Source: Candidatus Rokuibacteriota bacterium
Lineage (GTDB): Bacteria > Methylomirabilota > Methylomirabilia > Rokubacteriales > CSP1-6
DNA: 64,000 bases
Direction of reading: 5' to 3'
Assembly (NCBI GenBank): GCA_003220535.1
Contig: QHSU01000087.1
Location: forward strand, 3,273 to 67,272
Part shown: in pieces, positions 9,336 through 17,189 of the stretch
How the letters are laid out: each line of letters starts with the position of its first letter
How positions within the stretch are numbered: position 1 is the first letter of the stretch
Translations under genes and position numbers: made by a program
Notes under the pieces: model-generated
Seen by the model: the letters and a program-made list of their open reading frames with translations, nothing else
Database searches by the model: none
What the model was told of the DNA's origin: nothing

Positions 9336-10484
9336 CTAGAGGTGGAGCTCCTTGGCGATGATCTCCTTCATGATCTCGCTGGTGCCGCCGCCGATCGTGA
9401 AGAGCCGGACGTCGCGCGCGAAGCGCTCGATCGCGTACTCGCGCATGTACCCGTAGCCGCCGTGCAGCTGCACGCAGTCGTAGGCGACGCGGTTGGCCAT
9501 CTCGGCGGTGAAGAGCTTGACCATGGACACCTCGCGCACCGCCTCGCCGCCGTCCGCGTAGTGCTGGCACGCCGCATAGGTGAGCCGCCGCCCGGCCTCG
9601 ATGAGCGTGGCGAGGTCGGCGAGCTTGTGGCGCACGATCTGCTTCTCCGAGAGCGGCCCGCCGAACGCGTGGCGCTCGCGGACGTAGGCGATGGTGTCCT
9701 CGAGCGCGCGCTCGGACATGGCGACCGCGTGCAGACCGGCCACCAGGCGCTCGCGCTGGAAGACGCGCATGACCTCGTAGAACCCGACGCCTTCGCGGCC
9801 GAGCAGGTTCTCGGCGGGCACGCGCGCGTCCTGGAAGGTGAGCTCGGCGGTGTCCGAGGCGAGCATGCCCGTTTTCTCGAGCGTGCGGCTCACGCTGAAC
9901 CCCGGCGTCTCGCGCTCGACCAGGAACATCGAGATGCCCTGGTGGCGGCGGGTCGCCTCTCTGGCCTCGACCCGGGCGGCGACGAAGTAGAGGTCCGCCA
10001 GGGCGCCGTTCGTGATGAACATCTTCGAGCCGTTCAGGACGTAGTGGGTGCCGTCGCGGGTGGCCCGCGTGCTGATCGCCGCGACGTCGCTGCCGCCGCC
10101 GGGCTCGGTCACCGCGACCGCGCAGAGCTTCTCGCCGCGGCAGATCGCAGGCAGGTATTTCTCCTTCAGCGCCTCGCGGCCCGTCCAGTAGAGGTGGGGC
10201 GAGGCCATGTCCGTGTGGACGCCGACGGCCATCGCGAACGAGCCCGAGCGCGACCGCGCGCACTCCTCGTGCAGGACCGCCGTCGTGAACAGGTCGGCGC
10301 CGGCGCCGCCGTACTTCTCGTCGTACTCGACGCCCAGGAAGCCGAGCTCGCCCATGCGCGGCCAGATGGTCTTCGGGATGCGGCCGGCGGCCTCCCACGC
10401 CTCGACGTGCGGCATCACCTCCCGCTCGACGAAGGCGCGCACCGTCGCGCGGAACATGTCGTGATGCTCGGCGAAGACTTTCAT
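9336..10484 (-). CDS. acyl-CoA dehydrogenase
   Basis: 382 aa. ACAD hallmarks are present: VTEPGGGSD, FITNG, and C-terminal IGGGTSEIMKEIIAKE. Confidence 0.9.
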   Translation of the reverse strand: MKVFAEHHDMFRATVRAFVEREVMPHVEAWEAAGRIPKTIWPRMGELGFLGVEYDEKYGGAGADLFTTAVLHEECARSRSGSFAMAVGVHTDMASPHLYWTGREALKEKYLPAICRGEKLCAVAVTEPGGGSDVAAISTRATRDGTHYVLNGSKMFITNGALADLYFVAARVEAREATRRHQGISMFLVERETPGFSVSRTLEKTGMLASDTAELTFQDARVPAENLLGREGVGFYEVMRVFQRERLVAGLHAVAMSERALEDTIAYVRERHAFGGPLSEKQIVRHKLADLATLIEAGRRLTYAACQHYADGGEAVREVSMVKLFTAEMANRVAYDCVQLHGGYGYMREYAIERFARDVRLFTIGGGTSEIMKEIIAKELHL

Positions 10485-10517
10485 TCGGCGTCTTTCGTAA
10501 CGAGCGGAGCAGATCGC

Positions 10518-12041
10518 CTAAGCGGGCTCGGCGCCCCACCTGGCCTTGACCGCCTCGCGGTCCACTGTCCCATCGGCGGTGCGCGGCAGCGCGTCGGTGA
10601 ACGCCACCGCGTGCGGGCGCTTGAAGCGCGCGATCTTCGAGGCGACGAAGTCGCCGACCTGCTGGGCGGTGTATCGGTCGGCCGGCCGGACTTCCACGAC
10701 GGCCTTGATGGCTTCGCCCCACTTGACGTCGGGCACTCCGTAGGCGCACACGGCGCTGACGCCGTCCATCTGGACGATGACGGACTCGACCTCGGCGGGA
10801 TACACGTTCTCGCCGCCGGGCTTGATCAGCTCCTTCTCCGGCTTGCGCCGGACGTAGTAGAGCCAGCCCTCGTCGTCGAAGCGGCCGACGTCGCCGGTGT
10901 GGTGCCAGCCGTTGCGCAGGGTGTGGGCGGTCACGTCCGGCTGGCCGAAGTAGCCCTGGAACACCACCGGCCCACGCACCAGGATCTCGCCGGGCGTGCC
11001 GACGGGCACGTCGCGATCGTAGTCGTCGACCAGCCGCACCCGACACAGGGGGATGGGCTTGCCGGCGGCTCCGGGCCTGTCCCGCACGCGCTGGATGCTG
11101 ACGAACCCGCTGGTCTCGGACTGACCGAAGCCCGTCCAGAACTGGGCCTGGGTCTCTGCGTGCAGGCGCTGAATGGTCGGGGGCGCGTCGAGGCCCGAGA
11201 CGTGCGTGAGGCTCGGCAGCTTGCTGCCGAGCTTGTGTGCCGCGTCCAGCAAGTTGGCCAGCACCGGTGGAAAGTCCGAGACGTGCGTGATGCGATGGGT
11301 GTCGATCAGCCGCACCGCTTCCTCCGCGTCGAAACGGGCCACGACGACGCTGGCCCCACCCGCATGCATGTGCGCCACGAGATTGCCCAGCGCCGTGATG
11401 TGGAACAAGGGCAGTGCCAGGAGGTACCGGTCCGCCGCCGTGAAGCCGAGGGCCGCGACGACGACGAGCGACGCGGTGAGGACGTTCGCGTGCGTGAGCA
11501 CGGCGCCCCGCGGGATCACGTCGACCGCCGCCGTGGAGATCACCGCGAGGGGATCGTCGCTCGACACGTCCGCGGCCGCCGGCGGCACGCCTTCGCGGTA
11601 CAGGCTGGACAGGGCCCGGAAGCCCGACGCCGGCGCATCTCCGAACTGGTACCAGTGCGTGATGGCGTGCCGCGTGCGGGGCCACTCCCCCACCACGGGC
11701 AGGGTCGAGGCGTCCGCCACCATCATCGTGGGCGCCGCCCGCTCGACGACTCGCTCGACTTCCTGAGCCATGAGCCGCCAGTTGATGGGATACGCGACGA
11801 TGCCCTGGCGCGCGCACGCCCCGTAGAGGTCGACGTAGGTCACGTCGTTCTGGGCGAGAATGCAGATGCGATCGCCTTTGGCGAGGCCCAGGCTCGCCAG
11901 CCCGGCCGCCAGCGCGTCGGCTCGCTCGAGAAGCTGGCGGAAGGACCACTGCCGCGGTCCCTGGATCAGCGCGGGCGCGTCGCGAGAGAGCGCCGCGCCG
12001 CGCGCCAGCATGTCGTAGACCGTGAAGGACTGGGCGCCCAT
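10518..12041 (-). CDS. AMP-dependent synthetase/ligase (acyl-CoA synthetase, divergent P-loop)
   Basis: 507 aa. It has GWHHTGDVG...IKPGGENVYPAEVE adenylate-forming motifs. The usual TSGTTGxPKG is degenerate here (ISTAAVDVIPRGAVLTH). Confidence 0.85.
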   Translation of the reverse strand: MGAQSFTVYDMLARGAALSRDAPALIQGPRQWSFRQLLERADALAAGLASLGLAKGDRICILAQNDVTYVDLYGACARQGIVAYPINWRLMAQEVERVVERAAPTMMVADASTLPVVGEWPRTRHAITHWYQFGDAPASGFRALSSLYREGVPPAAADVSSDDPLAVISTAAVDVIPRGAVLTHANVLTASLVVVAALGFTAADRYLLALPLFHITALGNLVAHMHAGGASVVVARFDAEEAVRLIDTHRITHVSDFPPVLANLLDAAHKLGSKLPSLTHVSGLDAPPTIQRLHAETQAQFWTGFGQSETSGFVSIQRVRDRPGAAGKPIPLCRVRLVDDYDRDVPVGTPGEILVRGPVVFQGYFGQPDVTAHTLRNGWHHTGDVGRFDDEGWLYYVRRKPEKELIKPGGENVYPAEVESVIVQMDGVSAVCAYGVPDVKWGEAIKAVVEVRPADRYTAQQVGDFVASKIARFKRPHAVAFTDALPRTADGTVDREAVKARWGAEPA

Positions 12042-12045
12042 CCGC

Positions 12046-12501
12046 CTACTGGCCCACGATGTCGGCCTTCATGGGGCCGAGGGCGCCGAGCAGCTCGCTC
12101 TTCTCCTGGGCGCCCACCTTGTTCTTGTCCATCGCCTTGACGAGGTTTTCGACGGTCGCGTTCCACTCGGCCTCGGTGATCTTCATGCCCTGGTGCGTGG
12201 TCTTCATGTCGCGGCCGAGGTAGGAGCATGGCCCGCCGGTCGCGTCGCAGATCTGGTCCGAGAGATTCGACTTCAGCTTCTCGATCTCGGGTCCCTTCAT
12301 GTCCTTGAACCTCGTGTTGACCCGGCCGTCGCCGGCCATGTTGGTGACGAAGTCGGCGACGACGATCGCGATGCCCTCGCGCCCGCCCAGGCGCTGGTAG
12401 AGGGTCGGCGGCGCGTCGCCCATCGTCGCGCACGCGGCGAGGTTCAGCATTACGATGAGCAGCACGAGCCCCAGTCCGATGCCGCCGCGGGTCACTCGCA
12501 T
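12046..12501 (-). CDS. group-1 truncated hemoglobin-like protein with lipoprotein signal peptide
   Basis: 151 aa. The N-terminus MRVTRGGIGLGLVLLIVMLNLAAC has a lipobox (LAAC). The globin part has LYQRLGG..., GGPCSYLGRDMKTTHQGMKI (GGP...Y.G..M...H trHb signature with proximal His). Confidence 0.7.
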   Translation of the reverse strand: MRVTRGGIGLGLVLLIVMLNLAACATMGDAPPTLYQRLGGREGIAIVVADFVTNMAGDGRVNTRFKDMKGPEIEKLKSNLSDQICDATGGPCSYLGRDMKTTHQGMKITEAEWNATVENLVKAMDKNKVGAQEKSELLGALGPMKADIVGQ

Positions 12502-12515
12502 AGCGTTCGCCCCTC

Positions 12516-13310
12516 TCAGGAGAGCCAGCGTTTGCGACGCTTGTAGTGTTTGACGTCCCGGTACGACCGGCGGGCGCCCACTTCGGTGAGGCCGAGGTAG
12601 AACTCCTTGATGTCCGCATTTTCCGTGAGCGCCGCCGCGGTGCCGTCGAGCACGATCCGTCCGTTCTCCATCACGTAGCCGTGCTCGGCGATGGTCAGAG
12701 CTAGCGCGGCGTTCTGCTCGACCAGCAGGACGGTCAACTTTTCTTGCCGGTTCAGCTGCTGCACGATCCCGAAGATCTCTTCGACCAGCATCGGCGCCAG
12801 TCCGAGCGACGGCTCGTCGAGCAGCATGACGTGCGGGTCCGCCATCAGCGCGCGACCGATCACGAGCATCTGCTGCTCGCCGCCGGAGAGATAGCCCGCC
12901 TGGACGGAGCGCCGCTCCTTGAGTCTGGGGAAGTACCCGTACACGCGCTCGATCCCGGCCGCCACGCGCTGCCGGTCCTTCTGGATGTGCGCCCCCGCGA
13001 TCAAGTTCTCTTCGGTGGTCAGGTGCTCGAAGACCCGCCGGCCCTCGAACACCTGCACGATGCCGCGCCGGACCACCGCGTGCGGCGGCAACCGATCGAT
13101 CCGCTCGGTCTTGAACTCGATGGAGCCCTTCGTCACGTCACCGCGCTCGGACCGCAACAGGCCCGAGACGGCCTTCAGCGTCGTCGTCTTGCCGGCACCG
13201 TTGGCGCCGAGCAACGTCGTGATCCCGCCCTCGCGGACGCTGAGCGACACGCCCTTGAGGACGAGGATCACGCCGTCGTAGATGACCTCGACGTTGTTGA
13301 GAGTCAGCAT
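12516..13310 (-). CDS. Liv-type ABC importer ATPase (LivF-like) with basic C-terminal tail, module A
   Basis: 264 aa. It has Walker A GANGAGKTT, signature LSGGEQQML and Walker B MLLDEPS. It ends SYRDVKHYKRRKRWLS. Confidence 0.9.
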   Translation of the reverse strand: MLTLNNVEVIYDGVILVLKGVSLSVREGGITTLLGANGAGKTTTLKAVSGLLRSERGDVTKGSIEFKTERIDRLPPHAVVRRGIVQVFEGRRVFEHLTTEENLIAGAHIQKDRQRVAAGIERVYGYFPRLKERRSVQAGYLSGGEQQMLVIGRALMADPHVMLLDEPSLGLAPMLVEEIFGIVQQLNRQEKLTVLLVEQNAALALTIAEHGYVMENGRIVLDGTAAALTENADIKEFYLGLTEVGARRSYRDVKHYKRRKRWLS

Positions 13311-13319
13311 GTGGGTCCG

Positions 13320-14573
13320 CTACTTCTTCGCGCCCGACTCCTTGATGTGCTTGGCCACCACATCCTGGTAGGCGGCGAACCAGTCGGTGACCTTCTCGAA
13401 CTTCCCGCCCTTCACCTGCCAGATCTGCACGAGCCCGCCCCCTTCGTGGTCGGTCGGGGTGACCTTGAGCGGCGGGACCAATCCGCCCAGGGTGAAGTTC
13501 GAGATCTTCTCGAAGCCCGCCTTCGTGTCGACACCGGTGATCTTGCCGTCCGGCTTGGCCTTCAGCGCGTTGCGGATGGCCTCGACGTGCAGGGCGGCGA
13601 CGAGCACGCCCCGGTTGTAGAAGACGGTCGAGGCCATTTCTTTGGGCGCCTCCTTGCCCTGCTTCTTGTACATCTCGCGAATCTCGTTCAGCACGGGATA
13701 GTCGGTGCCGACCCCGGCGAACTGCATCGCGTAGTAGCCCTCGGCGACGCCGAAGCCGCCGGCGCCATCGATGTTGGCCTCGGCCGCGCCCCACACGAAC
13801 GACACGACCTTGCGGAGCGGGTAGCCGACCCGCTTGAACTCCTTGATCGATACCGACGGCGCCCCGCCGAACAGGTGGGCGAGCACGAAATCCGCGCGGA
13901 AGCGCTGCGCGATATCCAGCACCTGGGCGCCCATCTCGACGCCGGGGGGCGGAACCGCGAAGGTCTTGAGCTGGAATCCTTCCTTCGTCGCGAGGTCTTC
14001 GATGACCTCGATCGGCTCGCGGCCGGCCGGGTTGTCGTAGAAGATGTAGGCGATCTTCTTGCCCTTGAGAGTGCCGCCGAGCTGCTTCTTCACGAAGTCC
14101 ACCGCGGCCGCGCCCTGCGACCAGTACGTGGCGGCGATCGGAAAGATGTAGGGGTAGCGGATGCCGTCGGCGGCCGCCGCGCTGCCGAAGCCGGGCGAGG
14201 TGCCGGGGATCCGATCCTCGGTGAGCTTCGCCGCGAGCGCGTAGATCTGCGGCGTGCCGTAGATGGCCATGGTCACGGCGCCGTCCTTCTTGTGCCGCTC
14301 GTAAGACTCGACGGCCGGCGGCACCTTGTACTCGTGGTCGATCTCGAGGGCCTTGATCTTGTGGCCCTCGACGCCGCCCTTGGAGTTCACGAGAGCGATG
14401 TAGTCGTGGAAGGCCGGGCAATAGACCGTGCCCACGATCTGGGTCGGTCCGGTACGGTCACACTGCACGCCAATCACGATTTCGCTCTTCGACTGAGCAT
14501 AAGACGGACTCGCCATCAGCAGGCTGCCCGCCGCCACGATCAACGCTATCGCGATGGCCAGAAACTGTCTCAT
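13320..14573 (-). CDS. Liv-type ABC substrate-binding protein, module A
   Basis: Trimmed from the 817-aa track ORF to ATG 14573 (MRQFLAIAIALIVAAGSLLMASPSYAQ signal peptide). 417 aa with a type-1 periplasmic binding fold. Paralogous to 20714-22027. Confidence 0.85.
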   Translation of the reverse strand: MRQFLAIAIALIVAAGSLLMASPSYAQSKSEIVIGVQCDRTGPTQIVGTVYCPAFHDYIALVNSKGGVEGHKIKALEIDHEYKVPPAVESYERHKKDGAVTMAIYGTPQIYALAAKLTEDRIPGTSPGFGSAAAADGIRYPYIFPIAATYWSQGAAAVDFVKKQLGGTLKGKKIAYIFYDNPAGREPIEVIEDLATKEGFQLKTFAVPPPGVEMGAQVLDIAQRFRADFVLAHLFGGAPSVSIKEFKRVGYPLRKVVSFVWGAAEANIDGAGGFGVAEGYYAMQFAGVGTDYPVLNEIREMYKKQGKEAPKEMASTVFYNRGVLVAALHVEAIRNALKAKPDGKITGVDTKAGFEKISNFTLGGLVPPLKVTPTDHEGGGLVQIWQVKGGKFEKVTDWFAAYQDVVAKHIKESGAKK

Positions 14574-14596
14574 GTGCACTCTCCTTGCTCGCGCAC

Positions 14597-15664
14597 TCAG
14601 TACGCGAACGGCCAGACTCTGAAATAGCTTCGGATGTTCCGCCAGAGACGGTTCAGCCCCTCGGGCTCCACGATCAGAAAGAAGATGATGAGGGCGCCAA
14701 ACATCATGAGGCGGAGGTTGGGAATGAGGTTGAGCACGGTCTGCTGAGTGAAGAAGACCCCGCCGAAGGCCTCCATGGCGTAGCGGATGACGATGGGCAG
14801 CAGGGTGACGAAAATGGCCCCGAAGATCGAGCCCAGCACGGAGCCGAGCCCGCCGATGATGATCATGGCCAGGTAGTCGATGGACACGCCGATCTGGAAC
14901 TGCTCGTAGTTGGCGATGCCCAGGAAGTACGTGTACAGCACCCCGGTGCCCCCGGCGTAGAACGACGAGATGGCGAAAGCCAGGAGCTTGTAGCGGAAGA
15001 TGTTGATGCCGATGATCTCGGCGGCGATGTCGTGGTCGCGGATCGCGATGAACGCGCGTCCCACCCGGGTGCGCATCAGGTTCATCGTCCCCACGATCGC
15101 CAGGACGACGAAGATGAGGAGGAAGTAGTACATGTGACGCTGGGTGTCGAGGACCATCGGGCCCAGGCGCGGCCGCGCCACCTCGATCGACGCCTGCACG
15201 CCGCCACTGATGAACGTCACATGGTTGATCGTCCATTCGATGATGAGCTGACCGGCCAGCGTGGCGATGGCGAGGTAGAGGCCCTTGATGCGCAGGGACG
15301 GGATGCCGACGATGGCGCCGATCAGCGCCGCCATGAGCCCGCCCGCGAGGAGATTCACGGGCCACGGCGAGCCCAGGCGGTTGGCGAGGTTCGCAGCCGT
15401 GTAGGCGCCGACCGACATGAAGGCTCCGTGGCCGATCGACACCTGCCCCGTATAGCCTACGAGGATGTTGAGGCCGAGGGCGCCGATGACGGCGATCCAC
15501 ACGAGGCTCGCGACCGACAGGAAGTACTCGTGAAGGGTGAGCGGGATGACGACGAGGAACAGCACTGCCAGCGCCGCCACCGTCCAGCGCGCGATCGGCA
15601 GCGGATAGAACGCCATGTCCGCCGCATACGTCGTCTTCAGCACCCCGCATTCTCGATGAATCAC
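14597..15664 (-). CDS. Liv-type ABC permease (LivM-like), module A
   Basis: Start set to GTG 15664 (VIHRECGVLKTTYAADMAFYP). Conservation with the paralog 22050-23126 (VIYREAGQFKETYASDQAIFP) begins there, and a GGAGA SD lies 5 nt upstream. Upstream track-ORF codons are translated repeat sequence. Confidence 0.8.
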   Translation of the reverse strand: MIHRECGVLKTTYAADMAFYPLPIARWTVAALAVLFLVVIPLTLHEYFLSVASLVWIAVIGALGLNILVGYTGQVSIGHGAFMSVGAYTAANLANRLGSPWPVNLLAGGLMAALIGAIVGIPSLRIKGLYLAIATLAGQLIIEWTINHVTFISGGVQASIEVARPRLGPMVLDTQRHMYYFLLIFVVLAIVGTMNLMRTRVGRAFIAIRDHDIAAEIIGINIFRYKLLAFAISSFYAGGTGVLYTYFLGIANYEQFQIGVSIDYLAMIIIGGLGSVLGSIFGAIFVTLLPIVIRYAMEAFGGVFFTQQTVLNLIPNLRLMMFGALIIFFLIVEPEGLNRLWRNIRSYFRVWPFAY

Positions 15665-15681
15665 ACCTGTCTCCACGCGTC

Positions 15682-15841
15682 GAGCCCGCAGGGGCGCTGC
15701 GGGGTGGGGGGCAGCGCGACCACGCCGCACGCGTGCGCAGATCCCGTTGCGGCTGGGCTCCATCCGGGCGCACTCGCTCCGCCGCTCGCTCGGAGGGAAC
15801 GGGTCCCGCTACCCCCCACCCCGCAGCGCCCCCACGGGCTC
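15682..15841. repeat. palindromic intercistronic element, copy 1 (core inverted relative to copies 2, 3, 5, 6)
   Basis: Arms at 15682-15721 and 15802-15841 are nearly perfectly complementary. The core carries the family blocks GACCCGTTCCC / CCGGATGGAGCCCAGCC / GCGCACGCGTGCGGCGTGGTC on the minus strand. Confidence 0.85.
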
Positions 15842-15904
15842 CACTCGTGCAACGCAGACTTACGACGTAGGACGGATGCTGTGACCGGTTCTAAGCGAGT
15901 CAAG

Positions 15905-16070
15905 GGAGGGCGGGGGGCAGAGCGGCGGGGCGTGGGGAGGGGTGCTGGGACCCGTTGCCTCCATGCACGCGGCGGACGCGATGCGCCCGGATGGAGCCCA
16001 GCCACAGCGGGTTCTGCGCACGCGTGCGGCGTGGTCCCCACACCCCGGCTCGGCGCGCACGCGGCCCCAC
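15905..16070. repeat. palindromic intercistronic element, copy 2 (arms partly eroded)
   Basis: The core at 15949-16035 has all three conserved blocks on the plus strand. The inner arm GGGGTGCTGGGACC pairs with GGTCCCCACACCCC, but the outer arms carry an insertion. Boundaries are approximate. Confidence 0.75.
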
Positions 16071-16114
16071 GCATGAGCGGTGATGCGGTCAGTTCCATGC
16101 ACGCGACGCGAGGG

Positions 16115-16278
16115 CTCGGGGCATGGGGGTGGCGCGGGGTGAGGGGTGCGGGGACCCGTTCCCTCCATGCGCTCGGCGGGCGTGCCGCGCCCGGATGGAG
16201 CCCAGCCGCAATGGGATCCGCGCACGCGTGCAGCGTGGTCCCCACACCCCTCACCCCGCGCCACCCCCGTGCCCCGAG
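16115..16278. repeat. palindromic intercistronic element, copy 3
   Basis: The 42-nt arms at 16115-16156 and 16237-16278 are complementary at 40/42 positions. The core has all three blocks on the plus strand. The element ends 14 nt from the livH-like stop. Confidence 0.9.
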
Positions 16279-16292
16279 TCCGGTGCGTGCGG

Positions 16293-17189
16293 TCATACGC
16301 GCTCGATGATGCGTTTACCGAAGATACCGTAGGGGCGAATCATGAGGGCGAGGATCATGAGGACGTAGGGCGCGAAGTCCTTGGTGCCGCCGCCGACATA
16401 GGGGTCGACGTAGCCGGCGGCGATGTTCTCGACGATACCGACGATGAGGCCGCCGATGATCGCGCCCGGAATGGAGTCGAGCCCACCCAGGATGACCACC
16501 GGGAACACCTTGAAGCCGACCAGCGCCAGGTTCACGTCGACGCCGAGCAGGTTGCCCCACAGGATGCCGCCCAGCGCCGACACGACGCCGGTCATCGCCC
16601 ACGCCACGCCGAAGTAACGCTCGACGTCGATGCCCATGGCCATGGCGACTTGCTGGTTGTCGGCCACCGCGCGCATGGCGATGCCCTTGCGCGACTTCAA
16701 GAAGAACCATCCAAAGCCCGCCAGGAAGGCCAGGCTCACCCCGGCGCCGAGGAGCTGGATGGGCGGGATGAAGAGCGGCCCCAGCATGAAGGGCTCGTCG
16801 CGGATGGGCAGCGGCAAGGGCTTGGTCCCGGAGAAGATGGTGAACGGCCCGACGCCGCGCAGGATCGACGCCAGCCCGATGGTCGCCATGACCACGGCGA
16901 TCACGGGCCGGCCGATGAGCCGGCGCAGCATGACGCGCTCGAGCACGAAGCCGAACGCGATCAGGCTCGCCAGCGCGAGCGTGACGGCGATCCACAGCGG
17001 CGCTCCCCAGACCATGAGGGCGCCCGCCGCCACGAAGCCCGCGATCATGACGAACTCGCCCTGGGCGAAGTTGATGGCATCGGTCGCCTTGTAGACGAGC
17101 ACGAAGCCGAGCGCGATCAGCGAATACATCAAGCCGATCAGCACGCCGTTCGACATCAGGAGGAAGAAGAAGCTGAGGTCCTCAGACAC
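16293..17189 (-). CDS. Liv-type ABC permease (LivH-like), module A
   Basis: 298 aa, multi-pass hydrophobic, with a LivH-like N-terminus (LIGLMYSLIALGFVLVYKATDAINFAQGEF). Confidence 0.9.
   Translation of the reverse strand: MSEDLSFFFLLMSNGVLIGLMYSLIALGFVLVYKATDAINFAQGEFVMIAGFVAAGALMVWGAPLWIAVTLALASLIAFGFVLERVMLRRLIGRPVIAVVMATIGLASILRGVGPFTIFSGTKPLPLPIRDEPFMLGPLFIPPIQLLGAGVSLAFLAGFGWFFLKSRKGIAMRAVADNQQVAMAMGIDVERYFGVAWAMTGVVSALGGILWGNLLGVDVNLALVGFKVFPVVILGGLDSIPGAIIGGLIVGIVENIAAGYVDPYVGGGTKDFAPYVLMILALMIRPYGIFGKRIIERV

Noticed and set aside
9325-11949. 874-aa minus-strand ORF spanning the ACAD and ligase genes
   Set aside because: It is an out-of-frame overlap of two genes that each show clear family motifs in their own frames. 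The product is Arg/Gly/Pro-rich with no motifs.
13320-15773. Over-extended track ORFs that fuse neighbouring genes. Examples: 817 aa here, 557 aa at 29814-31487, 460 aa at 42754-44136, 657 aa at 49329-51302, 474 aa at 56152-57576, 514 aa at 58189-59733.
   Set aside because: Only the C-terminal part of each matches a protein family. The N-terminal part overlaps the real upstream gene in another frame, or is translated repeat. I trimmed each to internal starts supported by signal peptides, SD sequences, GTGA/ATGA coupling or paralog conservation.
15859-15867. A 9-mer ACTTACGAC shared between the spacer of the repeat array (about 15859) and the promoter region at about 27307
   Set aside because: It is short enough to be a chance match. 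Flanking bases do not align, and no second shared motif was found.
15682-16278. Possible CRISPR array (three similar units in tandem)
   Set aside because: The units are about 160 bp long, internally palindromic and in mixed orientation. The spacers between them are 45-65 bp, and one carries a repeat fragment. No short direct repeats, no regular spacing and no cas genes are present.
15661-16296. ORFs inside the repeat arrays. Examples: 211 aa at 15661-16296, 134 aa at 15860-16264, 69 aa at 16123-16332, 123 aa at 31756-32127, 61 aa at 58007-58192. They share peptides such as MEPSRNG and GWSPA.
   Set aside because: The shared peptides are just the conserved core translated. They occur in different frames and on both strands between copies, lack SDs, and are Pro/Arg/Gly-rich. 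I see no evidence for a repeat-encoded protein.
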